A stretch of DNA of 64,000 nucleotides, taken from positions 22,919 through 86,918 of the forward strand of contig JAZSCE010000076.1 of NCBI GenBank assembly GCA_045602725.1, written 5' to 3'. This stretch comes from Faecousia sp. (GTDB lineage: Bacteria; Bacillota; Clostridia; Oscillospirales; Oscillospiraceae). Position 1 is the first letter of the stretch. Every line of letters starts with the position of its first letter. This document shows, piece by piece, positions 1-8,517 of this stretch. The notes below the pieces were generated by a model. It was not told the DNA's origin, searched no databases, and was given only the letters and a program-made list of their open reading frames with translations. The position numbers and the translations under genes are program-made.

Positions 1-365
1 TGCAAAGCCCCAAGCTGCTGGATCGCTACTATGCGGATCGTCGCAATCCTTTGGTGGCGTTTGCCGGACAGATGACCGGTGTGGAAGGCTATGTGGAGTC
101 GGCAGCCTCCGGCTTTTTGGCAGCGGTTGCGATGGCGGCCAAGGTTACGGGCAGGGAAGTGCCCGATTTTCCCAAGACGACCGCAATCGGCGCTCTGGGC
201 TGGTATATCAGCGATGAAAGCATCGAAAACTTCCAGCCGATGAATATCAATTTCAGTATCATTTCTCCGCTTCAGCAGCGGATCCGTAAGAAGGCAGAAA
301 AGAATCTTGCTATAGCCAACCGTTCCTTGGCCATCATTGACGAAATGATCGCCCGGGGACTGTGA
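1..365 (+). CDS. trmFO: tRNA (uracil-5-)-methyltransferase TrmFO/Gid, 3' part (truncated by window edge)
   Basis: FAGQMTGVEGYVESAASG and FQPMNINF are the conserved C-terminal TrmFO motifs; the frame is open back to the window start. Confidence 0.93.
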   Translation, partial: QSPKLLDRYYADRRNPLVAFAGQMTGVEGYVESAASGFLAAVAMAAKVTGREVPDFPKTTAIGALGWYISDESIENFQPMNINFSIISPLQQRIRKKAEKNLAIANRSLAIIDEMIARGL

Positions 366-382
366 ATGAAAAGAGGCGCGCT

Positions 383-1423
383 ATGAAAATTATTCTCGAC
401 GCAATGGGTGGCGATCACGCCCCCGAAGCACCCGTACTGGGTGCAATTATGGCAGCGCAAAAGTTCGGTACCCACATCACCCTGGTGGGCCGTGGGGAGG
501 AAATCTTAAATGTGCTGCGCAAAAACAATATCCCCAACCTGCCGGAAGGCCTGGAAATCGCCAATGCGGATGAAATTGTGGATATGCACGATGATCCCGC
601 CCGGGTCATCCGTACGAAGAAGGATTCTTCTATGGTGGTTGGTCTGCGGATGCTGGCAGAGGATCAGGGCGATGCCTTCGTTTCTGCCGGCAGCACCGGT
701 GCGCTGCTGAGCGGTGCAACGCTGATTGTCAAGCGTGTCAAGGGCGTTCGCCGTGCGGCTATGGGCCCTGCGATGCCCAACAAGGCGGGTGGAAAGACCG
801 TGATTCTGGACTGCGGCGCCAATGCCGAGTGCACCCCGGAATTCCTGCTGCAGTTCGGCCTGATGGGATCGCTTCACGCCAAGAAATCATTGGGCGTGGA
901 AAACCCCAGGGTTGGTCTTTTGAATATCGGTACCGAGGACTCCAAGGGCACACCCCTGCAGAAGGAAGCCTATGCGCTGCTGCAGGATGCAGCTGAGCGT
1001 GGCATTTTGAATTTTGTTGGTAATGTGGAAGCCCGCGATGTGCCTTTGGGCGCTGTGGATGTGGTTGTCTGCGATGGCTTCAGCGGTAATGTGCTGCTTA
1101 AGTCTATCGAGGGTACGGCTATGTTTATGGGCAGCCTGATGAAGCGGATGTTCAAGAAGAATATACTTACGATGATCGGTTATCTTTTCAGCAAATCCGG
1201 CGTGAAGGATCTTGTGAAGATGCTGGATTACCGTGAGATTGGCGGCACCCAGTTCCTGGGTATCCGTAAGCCGGTTATCAAGGCCCACGGCTCTTCTGAT
1301 GCACTGGCCTTCTGCAACGCCATTCGGCAAGCAGAGGCGGCTGTTTCCAGTAATGTTGCGCAGGAGCTGGAGGATGGCCTGGCTGCGCTGACCGCCCAGG
1401 AGGAGACTGAAAATGCTGAATGA
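383..1423 (+). CDS. plsX: Phosphate acyltransferase PlsX
   Basis: MKIILDAMGGDHAP, VSAGSTGAL, LDCGANAE, VVCDGFSGNVLLK, KAHGSS motifs; RBS AGAGG before ATG 383. Confidence 0.97.
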   Translation: MKIILDAMGGDHAPEAPVLGAIMAAQKFGTHITLVGRGEEILNVLRKNNIPNLPEGLEIANADEIVDMHDDPARVIRTKKDSSMVVGLRMLAEDQGDAFVSAGSTGALLSGATLIVKRVKGVRRAAMGPAMPNKAGGKTVILDCGANAECTPEFLLQFGLMGSLHAKKSLGVENPRVGLLNIGTEDSKGTPLQKEAYALLQDAAERGILNFVGNVEARDVPLGAVDVVVCDGFSGNVLLKSIEGTAMFMGSLMKRMFKKNILTMIGYLFSKSGVKDLVKMLDYREIGGTQFLGIRKPVIKAHGSSDALAFCNAIRQAEAAVSSNVAQELEDGLAALTAQEETENAE

Positions 1424-2102
1424 TTTGGAGGCGGCAATCGGCTACCGATTCCGTAATATTGCCCTCCTGCAAAACGCCCTTTCCCATTCGTCTTATGCCA
1501 ATGAGCGCTGGCACAATGGCCTGATGAGCAACGAACGGCTGGAATTTTTGGGCGACTCGGTGCTGGGAATGCTGGTGGCAGAGTTTTTGTACCGCAGTTT
1601 CCCGGATCGGCCTGAGGGTGAGCTTACCAGAATGCGGGCCGATATGGTCTGCGAGACTACCCTGGCGGAGATCGCCAACCGTTTGAAGCTGGGCGAGTAT
1701 CTGCTGCTGGGCAATGGCGAAGAGCAGGGTGGCGGAAGGACCCGCTATTCCATCCTGGCGGATGCGGTGGAGTCTGTGATCGCAGCCTGCTTCTTAGATG
1801 GTGGAATGGCCGCGGCTTCTGCATTTGTGGAAAAGTTCGTGCTGGTCAATGTCCCCACAAAGCGGATGCACAACGCCGATTACAAGACAGCATTGCAGGA
1901 ATTGGTGCAGCAGAAGAAAAACCAGGTGCTTTCTTACCGGTTGGTAGGAGAGAGCGGCCCGGATCACGATAAGCAGTTCACTGTAGAGCTTACGCTGAAT
2001 GACGAAGTTGTGGGTACCGGTGTCGGCAGCAGCAAGAAGCGTGCTGAGCAGGCAGCTGCTCACGCAGCAATTCAAAAGCTGTTCCCGGAAACGGAGCCTT
2101 AA
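1413..2102 (+). CDS. rnc: Ribonuclease III
   Basis: NERLEFLGDSVL signature; dsRBD DYKTALQE...GPDHDKQF...SKKRAEQAAA. Confidence 0.98.
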   Translation: MLNDLEAAIGYRFRNIALLQNALSHSSYANERWHNGLMSNERLEFLGDSVLGMLVAEFLYRSFPDRPEGELTRMRADMVCETTLAEIANRLKLGEYLLLGNGEEQGGGRTRYSILADAVESVIAACFLDGGMAAASAFVEKFVLVNVPTKRMHNADYKTALQELVQQKKNQVLSYRLVGESGPDHDKQFTVELTLNDEVVGTGVGSSKKRAEQAAAHAAIQKLFPETEP

Positions 2103-2106
2103 ATTC

Positions 2107-2219
2107 AAGGCCCCCTCTGACGAGGGGGCTGGATTTTTGCAAAGCAAAAAGACTGGGGGAGAGAACTACGCCTCAGTCAAAAATCAAGATTTTTGACAGC
2201 TCCCCTGACAAGGGGAGCC
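2107..2219. repeat. REP/MITE-like multi-hairpin intergenic repeat, family A copy 1 (probably also the rnc terminator)
   Basis: AAGGCCCCCTCTGACGAGGGGGCTG...GACTGGGGGAGAGAA shared with 63256-63362; four short hairpins. Confidence 0.75.
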
Positions 2220-2227
2220 ATTATTTT

Positions 2228-2256
2228 GCGTAAAATCTGCATTTTCGGACATCCTA
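2228..2256 (+). promoter_or_regulatory. Putative SigG-type forespore promoter of spoVAC
   Basis: GCGTA-N17-CATCCTA resembles the SigG consensus (GHATA-N17/18-CATACTA) upstream of a known forespore gene. Confidence 0.5.
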
Positions 2257-2273
2257 AAGCCGGAGGGATGGAA

Positions 2274-2711
2274 ATGACAGAACGGGAATACGGCAAATTG
2301 GTAGGGAAGATGAGCCCCAAATCACCTATCAAGAAGAATTGCATCAATGCGTTTTTGACTGGCGGATTGATTTGTGTGCTTGGGCAGTTGGCAACCAATG
2401 GATTTCTTGCCCTGGGGCTGGAAAAGAAGGATGCGTCCACGGCGGCATCCTGCGCACTGGTGGCGCTTTCTGCGCTGCTGACGGGGCTGAGCCTTTACGA
2501 TAATATTGCCAAATTTGCAGGCGCCGGCACGCTGGTGCCCATCACCGGCTTTGCCAATTCCATCGCCGCCCCAGCCGTGGAATTCAAGACCGAGGGCTTC
2601 ATCCTGGGCGTGGGCGCAAAGATGTTTACCATCGCCGGCCCGGTTATTGTGTATGGCGTAAGCGCAAGCGTAGTGTATGGCTTGATTTATTGGATAACGA
2701 CTTTATTCTAA
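2274..2711 (+). CDS. spoVAC: Stage V sporulation protein AC
   Basis: AFLTGGLICVLGQ, YDNIAKFAGAGTLVPITGFANSIAAPAVEFKTEG, MFTIAGPVIVYG; RBS GGAGG 7 nt before ATG 2274. Confidence 0.95.
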   Translation: MTEREYGKLVGKMSPKSPIKKNCINAFLTGGLICVLGQLATNGFLALGLEKKDASTAASCALVALSALLTGLSLYDNIAKFAGAGTLVPITGFANSIAAPAVEFKTEGFILGVGAKMFTIAGPVIVYGVSASVVYGLIYWITTLF

Positions 2712-2715
2712 AAAT

Positions 2716-2744
2716 AAAGGCTTGACCGGATCGGTCAAGCCTTT
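2716..2744. repeat. AGGCTTGACC palindrome copy 1 (bidirectional terminator-like)
   Basis: AAAGGCTTGACCG-GAT-CGGTCAAGCCTTT; same stem at 5162 and 6805. Confidence 0.85.
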
Positions 2745-2752
2745 TCTTGTCG

Positions 2753-3691
2753 TTATAGCATTTGGGTAAACTTTATTGCGCCGTTTGTCAGAAATCGGAT
2801 GTTTTCTTCGCGATAAATCACATCCTTTTTTGTATGGATCCGATCCATATACAGGGTTCCAAAGAGCTTCGATTTCTTTAATGCGGCAACGCCGATTCCA
2901 CCTTTGAAAGAGGCATTGTCGGAGGGATAGAAAGCGTTACTTGTTATTTCAACGGTGACATCAGCGGTGGAAACAAATGCCTTCTCTAATAGTGCTGCGT
3001 ATTTTTTCGTTGTTCTTTTCAGCGCAAACAGCATTGTTTCTCCGTCCGAAACGCAGTCAAAATTGATAACAAGCGTGTTCTTCTTGATTTCTTTATGCTT
3101 TGAAGCGAACGAGGAAGAGCCAAATAGACCTGCTTCTTCCAGGTCGAACAGAACAAAGGCGACATTGTTTTTCTGCTCTTGCGGAAGTTCTTTCATAATA
3201 TCGAGTACAGTTGTAACGCCCGAGGTATTATCGTTTGCGGTATTCTTATTTGCCGGACCGCAGAACAATAAAAACAGCAAAACATAAGAGATCGCTGAAG
3301 GTAAATAAGAGATCAGTGTGTATGATATTTCCTCATCAACGGGAAGATAAGATATTATCAAACCGGATAGAAAACCGATTGCGAAGATGAGCGCAAAGAA
3401 AATTCCTACAATCAAAAACTGATACAGCAAATAAATCAAAAAGTTCTTTGGTGTTATAAAGTTCGGAAAGGGAAGCCGGGCACAGGTGTCATAATGCGCT
3501 GTATAGATTACTTTCGCTGTGTCGGGATTTCCTATAACAATATTTCGTGCGCCAAAGCTTCCTTTTTCAACAGAAAAAGCATATCCGTAGCGCTTAGCGA
3601 TTTGCTCGACATATTCGATGAAAACTGTCTTTTGCTTTTTCGTTTTTCTGACCTGGTATTTTTCAAATATTTCTTTTGTTGTTTCTGTCAT
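2753..3691 (-). CDS. M28 family membrane metallopeptidase
   Basis: TAHYDT, ANDNTSGV, FDLEEAGLFGS, NFDCV, PSD, final H; internal TM segments; visibly more AT-rich than the flanks. Confidence 0.8.
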   Translation of the reverse strand: MTETTKEIFEKYQVRKTKKQKTVFIEYVEQIAKRYGYAFSVEKGSFGARNIVIGNPDTAKVIYTAHYDTCARLPFPNFITPKNFLIYLLYQFLIVGIFFALIFAIGFLSGLIISYLPVDEEISYTLISYLPSAISYVLLFLLFCGPANKNTANDNTSGVTTVLDIMKELPQEQKNNVAFVLFDLEEAGLFGSSSFASKHKEIKKNTLVINFDCVSDGETMLFALKRTTKKYAALLEKAFVSTADVTVEITSNAFYPSDNASFKGGIGVAALKKSKLFGTLYMDRIHTKKDVIYREENIRFLTNGAIKFTQML

Positions 3692-3730
3692 ATTGCAACC
3701 TCATTCGCTATTATTGGTTCGTATTTTGAA

Positions 3731-5104
3731 TCATCTGGTGATCCTTGCCTGTTGCCTGTCAAAGGTGTGGATCCAGTCTGCCTTCAGGAAATAGATGAGG
3801 AAAATGATGCTGCTTAAGGTCCAGGTGATGGGGTAGGCCCAGGAGACGGTGGTCAGCCGATTAACCAGCTTGACGGCGATGCTGATATAGGTTACCCGGA
3901 AAATGCACCAGCAGGCAAGCATCGTGAACATCGGTACGGTGGCCTTGCCTGCGCCACGCATAACGCTGGCGATGCAATGGGAAAAAGCCAGCAGGAAATA
4001 GAACAGGCAAATGGTGCGCATGTGCTGGGTGCCATAGCCGATGGCCTCCTGGGTTTCGCTGAAAAAGCCAATGAGTTGGGGTGCAAAAAAGTATGCCAAT
4101 GCGCCAATCAACTGCGCCATAATGCAGCTGCAGGCGACACCGAAAGCGATGCCTTTCTTGACCCGGTCATATTGTCCGGCACCCAAATTCTGACCAACAA
4201 AGGTTGACAGCGCTTGGGTAAAGCAGGTGACTGGCAGGAATGCGAAGCCTTCCAGCTTGGAGTAAGAGCCGCAGCCGGCCATTGCAGCCTTGCCGAAGCT
4301 GTTGATGTTGCTCTGCACAACTACATTTGCCAGGGCAATCACGCTGTTCTGCACGCCGGAGGGAATGCCGTAGCGGACGATCTCAAAGAAGCTTTCCTTA
4401 TGAAAGCGGATTTCACGGATGCTGATCTTGTAAGGCGCATCAACGCGCAGCAGATGCAGGAAGCAAAGCAGCGCGCTGAAACCCTGGGAAATGGTGGTCG
4501 CAATGGCGGCAGAGCCAACGCCCAAACCAAGAACAGCCACAAACAGCATATCCAAAGCAATGTTGACAAATGTGGAGAAAATCAGGTAATACAGCGGATG
4601 CTTGCTGTCGCCTACAGCGTGGAGAATGCCCACGAAAATATTATACATTACGATAAAAATCGCACCGTAAAAATAGTATCGGAAATAGGCTATGGATTGG
4701 GGAAGCACCTCGTCGGGCGTGCCCATCCAGCGCAGAATGGTAGGTGTCAGCGCAACGCCGGCAACGGTCAGGATTGCGCCTGTCACAATGCCGAAGGCGA
4801 TGGCAGTGTGGATGGATTTGCGCATGGAGTCATAGTGCTTTGCGCCAAATGTCCGGGCGATGACAACGCCGGCGCCCATAGCAAGACCGTTGAAAAAGCT
4901 GACCATCATAAAGATCAGACTGCCGGAGGAGCTGACGGCTGCCAAGGCATCGTCACCGATATAATTGCCGACGCACCAGGCATCGAAAGCGTTATAAAGC
5001 TGCTGGAATACATTTCCCAGGAAAACCGGCAGGGCGAAAAGCAGCATTGCTTTCCAAATGGACCCGCTGGTCAGACTATGACGGTTTGATTGCAATGCGC
5101 TCAC
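3731..5104 (-). CDS. MATE family efflux transporter
   Basis: LTSGSIWKAMLLFALP...QQLYNAFD, GDSKHP, FVGQNLGAG; about 12 TM. Confidence 0.93.
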   Translation of the reverse strand: MSALQSNRHSLTSGSIWKAMLLFALPVFLGNVFQQLYNAFDAWCVGNYIGDDALAAVSSSGSLIFMMVSFFNGLAMGAGVVIARTFGAKHYDSMRKSIHTAIAFGIVTGAILTVAGVALTPTILRWMGTPDEVLPQSIAYFRYYFYGAIFIVMYNIFVGILHAVGDSKHPLYYLIFSTFVNIALDMLFVAVLGLGVGSAAIATTISQGFSALLCFLHLLRVDAPYKISIREIRFHKESFFEIVRYGIPSGVQNSVIALANVVVQSNINSFGKAAMAGCGSYSKLEGFAFLPVTCFTQALSTFVGQNLGAGQYDRVKKGIAFGVACSCIMAQLIGALAYFFAPQLIGFFSETQEAIGYGTQHMRTICLFYFLLAFSHCIASVMRGAGKATVPMFTMLACWCIFRVTYISIAVKLVNRLTTVSWAYPITWTLSSIIFLIYFLKADWIHTFDRQQARITR

Positions 5105-5161
5105 CCCTTTCTTACGGGTCTATTATAGCACGCACCCAACAGAATGCAATATTTACCAAAG

Positions 5162-5191
5162 AAAAGGCTTGACCATTTGATCAAGCCTTTT
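5162..5191. repeat. AGGCTTGACC palindrome copy 2
   Basis: AAAAGGCTTGACCATTTGATCAAGCCTTTT, immediately downstream of the TIR gene stop. Confidence 0.85.
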
Positions 5192-5196
5192 GTAAT

Positions 5197-6036
5197 TTAG
5201 TTATCCAACGGCTTCAAATGATCAAAGACCTTTTTGCAGCGGTTGCAGCGGTAGCAGGTGGAGGAGAAGCCCCGGCGCAGACGGCTGCGTTTGATTTTAC
5301 CGCGGGCGATGTGCGCACCCCAAAAGCCTCCGGCAATAAGGCCGGCAAGGATAATGATAAAATTGATGTCTGTTCTATCTGCCGGAATGAAAAAGATGCT
5401 GACTGTGACAAACAGGAACATCGTAACGATGGCCATAAGGGGAATTAACAGCTTGGTTAGATACTCCGCAGCGTTCTGGCATTTGACCTTGTGCTTTCTT
5501 TCGGTCAGATCTTCGCCGCCGCAGGCAGGGCATTTGGCGTCGTAGAAATAATCTACAACCGTTTTCTTTTCTACCGGCTTCGGCGCTTCTACGGGTGCTG
5601 CTTCGGGAGTTTCCTGGGGCTGCTCGGCTTTGGAAGGGGAGGCATCCAAAATGCCACGGATACGGGCAATCAGGGTTTCCATTGCTTCAGACTTCTTTTG
5701 ATAGGCGGAGTATCTCTGCGCACCGGTCAGCAAGAAATTAAATTCGTCATTAAGCGCGCAATCTTCCAGCATAAATGGCAGAATCACCTTGCCGTTGTTC
5801 ACGGCAGAATCCAGCTCCTTCAGCACCCATTGAGAGTTCTGTGCGCTGTCGGAAAGAATCAGCAGAAATATCTTGCAATTACGGATAGCGGTGGGGATCT
5901 CCTTGGTATAATTGGAGCCGCCGGGAATATCCCGGGGGGCCATCCAGCAGGACAGTCCGTTCTTCTCCAAAACATTGCGCACCGTTTCCGCCTGGGGCGT
6001 GTCAATGGAGCTGTAGCTGATAAAAATCTCTTTCAT
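5197..6036 (-). CDS. TIR (TIR_2) domain protein with two TM helices flanked by CxxC pairs
   Basis: IFISYSS, CWMAPRDIPGG, SQWVLKELDSA (Glu at the usual catalytic position); CPAC and CNRC on either side of 2 TM. Confidence 0.88.
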   Translation of the reverse strand: MKEIFISYSSIDTPQAETVRNVLEKNGLSCWMAPRDIPGGSNYTKEIPTAIRNCKIFLLILSDSAQNSQWVLKELDSAVNNGKVILPFMLEDCALNDEFNFLLTGAQRYSAYQKKSEAMETLIARIRGILDASPSKAEQPQETPEAAPVEAPKPVEKKTVVDYFYDAKCPACGGEDLTERKHKVKCQNAAEYLTKLLIPLMAIVTMFLFVTVSIFFIPADRTDINFIIILAGLIAGGFWGAHIARGKIKRSRLRRGFSSTCYRCNRCKKVFDHLKPLDN

Positions 6037-6139
6037 ATTGTTTTCTCCAGTAAGGGAAGTATTATATGCACAATCCTACCATATTCGCCAACCTCTGTCA
6101 AATAAAACCAGTTAGTTTTGACTTATGAATGGTAGGTAT

Positions 6140-6168
6140 TGACGGTTTCTTCCATTTTTTGTACAATA
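6140..6168 (+). promoter_or_regulatory. SigA promoter for the 6225 gene
   Basis: TTGACG-N17-TACAAT followed by an 8-bp hairpin CCATAGCC/GGCTATGG and RBS AAGGAG. Confidence 0.6.
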
Positions 6169-6224
6169 AATCTATCCCATAGCCGTATGGCTATGGAGTA
6201 GCTACATAAAAGGAGAAAAGAGAT

Positions 6225-6794
6225 ATGCTGGATAGCTTGTATGAGAATATTGGCGGAAAAATCAAAAATTGGGCAAAGTGGATCTTTATTATCGAAGCAA
6301 TTGCTGCGATCCTTGCAGGATTTATTCTTGCTGCCGAAGAGGATGGAGCGTATATCCTTATCAGTATTATTGGACCGCTGGTTGCCTGGGTCGGTTCCTG
6401 GCTACTCTATGGCTTTGGTGAACTGATTGAAACCAATTCCGAAACGCGTTACTATGTTGCGAAAATATTGCAGACCAGGACATCCTCTCCCAACGAAGAT
6501 GACGCTGCATCGGCTACCGTACTTCGGAAGAGTGCTGCTACACAGCCTGCTACTCCCAAGAGAACCGCTGCGCCAGATAGTGGTTGGGTTTGTATCTGTG
6601 GAAGAGTAAATGATTTCTCTGTTGCTACCTGCGCTTGCGGTGTGACCGAGTTCGGGGCGTCCCTAATGAAGGAAAGGAACGATAATGTCCACGCAGAAAT
6701 TGTAAATGGCGAAAAGGTTTGCCCCAAGTGCGGTACGGCACAGAAGGCGGACAGAAAGGTTTGCTGGTCCTGCGGCGCAAAATTTGATAATTAG
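6225..6794 (+). CDS. Hypothetical 2-TM membrane protein with C-terminal Zn-ribbons
   Basis: AAGGAG RBS; two TM; WVCICGRVN...CACG and CPKCG...CWSCG. Confidence 0.8.
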   Translation: MLDSLYENIGGKIKNWAKWIFIIEAIAAILAGFILAAEEDGAYILISIIGPLVAWVGSWLLYGFGELIETNSETRYYVAKILQTRTSSPNEDDAASATVLRKSAATQPATPKRTAAPDSGWVCICGRVNDFSVATCACGVTEFGASLMKERNDNVHAEIVNGEKVCPKCGTAQKADRKVCWSCGAKFDN

Positions 6795-6804
6795 CCGATA
6801 TAAA

Positions 6805-6830
6805 AAGGCTTGACCAACCGGTCAAGCCTT
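6805..6830. repeat. AGGCTTGACC palindrome copy 3
   Basis: AAGGCTTGACC-AACC-GGTCAAGCCTT between convergent genes. Confidence 0.85.
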
Positions 6831-6839
6831 CTATTTGCA

Positions 6840-7394
6840 TTAAGATCTAAATATTCCGCATTTCTTGCACTGACCGTAATTGGTACTGTTGTTTGTCCCG
6901 CAGTGCTTACATACCCACGTGCCGGCGGCGGGAGGGGTGTAAGGTTTGTTTATGTGGGTTTGGGGTTTGCTGGTAGAGGGTGTGGTGTCTTCATCGGAGG
7001 GGATAGCGCCAATTGACGTTGTGCAATGGGATGCCTCATATAGTGCAACATTGGCGGAAATGATAGTGTTTTGCGTAATTAATGCAAGAGAACTGATCAG
7101 CAGGGCCAGCACATGATATGCGCAGTATTCAATAAATGCATAGAGAGCCCAGGAGATAGCAGTCGATATACAGGTTACGAATGCCATATCCTCGTTCACG
7201 TCTGCTGCGGCAAGCGTGTCAGTAATAGTGGAAAAAAAGCCGATAATGATGAGGACCCAAAAAAGAATTTTTCCCCAAGATTCTAACCGTTCAGCCCAAT
7301 AATGCAGATTTGCAGCAGTTGCATCCTGCTGTGTGCATTCGCCTAATGTTTTTGGAATTTGCTTGTCGTTTTTGCCTGAGAACATATTTGCCAT
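6840..7394 (-). CDS. Hypothetical membrane protein with RanBP2-type Zn finger
   Basis: RBS AAGGAG; TM segments; C-terminal WVCKHCGTNNSTNYGQCKKCG. Confidence 0.78.
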   Translation of the reverse strand: MANMFSGKNDKQIPKTLGECTQQDATAANLHYWAERLESWGKILFWVLIIIGFFSTITDTLAAADVNEDMAFVTCISTAISWALYAFIEYCAYHVLALLISSLALITQNTIISANVALYEASHCTTSIGAIPSDEDTTPSTSKPQTHINKPYTPPAAGTWVCKHCGTNNSTNYGQCKKCGIFRS

Positions 7395-7414
7395 TTTTCT
7401 CTCTCCTTCTGAAA

Positions 7415-7562
7415 TTAAAAGTGCGCAGCCGAAGCTGCGCACGAAAAATGCAGCCTCATCCTGCTGCGACACAGTTCATCCCCAACGAAAGGCAATGACG
7501 ATAAAGCATACATTTTTACAAAAAAAGTATGCCTTTGCGTTGGATTATTAAACTGTGTCGCA
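7415..7562 (-). ncRNA. Putative structured leader RNA / sRNA ending in an intrinsic terminator
   Basis: Minus-strand promoter TTGCAT-N17-TAAAAT (7596-7568); 12-bp perfect stem 7465-7476/7551-7562 with inner stems; C(UUCG)G terminator hairpin 7421-7442 plus U tract. Confidence 0.55.
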
Positions 7563-7666
7563 AAAACATTTTATCACGGCGTTATCAGCGATGCAAGCCT
7601 TTTGTTTGTTGCAATCTTGAAACAAGCGTGCTATACTGAAGATGAAAAAACTGGGGAGGGAATCTG

Positions 7667-8506
7667 ATGCTTTTACGCAAGTCGCTGAATGTGACAACAG
7701 GCAGATGCCTGGAGCTGAATTTCCTGAAAATGCTGCGAGAAAGTGGCTTTGATGGCGTAGATTTGAATTTCACTGCTGATTTCTTTCAGGGCGATCAATT
7801 GGATTCCATCATTGGGAACTTGAAAGAAGCCGGGCTCGTTTGCGCCCAGGTGCATTTGCCTACGTATGGTCTTTTTGCCGACAGCGGTACGGATGACCCG
7901 AAAATCGAATCGCAGATTGAATACGCCCTTAGCGTGATGCCGGAATTGGGCGCAAAATGGGGTGCGATCCACGTGCGCAGCGCTGTGGAAGCCGGCTTCG
8001 ACGCAGAACGGGCGATGCAGGACAATATCCGCTGGTTAAATCGGTTGGCTGGCATTGCGCACAGATATGATGTGGGCATTGCGGTGGAGAATTTGCCCAC
8101 TTTCCCGGATCGTCCGGATGCACCCTTCTTCTCATCCCGGATTGAAGATCAGTGCCGGCTCATTGACGCGATTGGTGATCGGCTGGTGGGGGCGTGCTGG
8201 GATTTTGGCCACGCGCATTTGAATATCCAGCATAAGGATAAATCCCAGCAGGAGCTGCTGCTGGCTTTGGGAAGCCGACTGAAGATCGTGCACGCTCACA
8301 GTAACTACGGCACCCGGGATTCCCATCTGCCGCCGGCCATCGGCTCTGTGGACTGGGAGGATGCGCTGACCGGTCTGAAGAAGATCGGCTACGATGGCTT
8401 TTTCTCCCTGGAATGTGGCTGCGGCGGCAGCGATCCCAAGATTGTGCAGGCATACTGTGAGTTTTGTGGCAAGTCTACGGATGCCATTTTAGAGAAAGTA
8501 TTTTAG
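7667..8506 (+). CDS. Sugar phosphate isomerase/epimerase (xylose isomerase-like TIM barrel)
   Basis: GFDGVD, IAVENL, CWDFGHAH, VHAHSNYG..DSHLPP..GSVDW, YDGFFSLE metal motifs. Confidence 0.85.
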   Translation: MLLRKSLNVTTGRCLELNFLKMLRESGFDGVDLNFTADFFQGDQLDSIIGNLKEAGLVCAQVHLPTYGLFADSGTDDPKIESQIEYALSVMPELGAKWGAIHVRSAVEAGFDAERAMQDNIRWLNRLAGIAHRYDVGIAVENLPTFPDRPDAPFFSSRIEDQCRLIDAIGDRLVGACWDFGHAHLNIQHKDKSQQELLLALGSRLKIVHAHSNYGTRDSHLPPAIGSVDWEDALTGLKKIGYDGFFSLECGCGGSDPKIVQAYCEFCGKSTDAILEKVF

Positions 8507-8517
8507 GAGGACGGACT

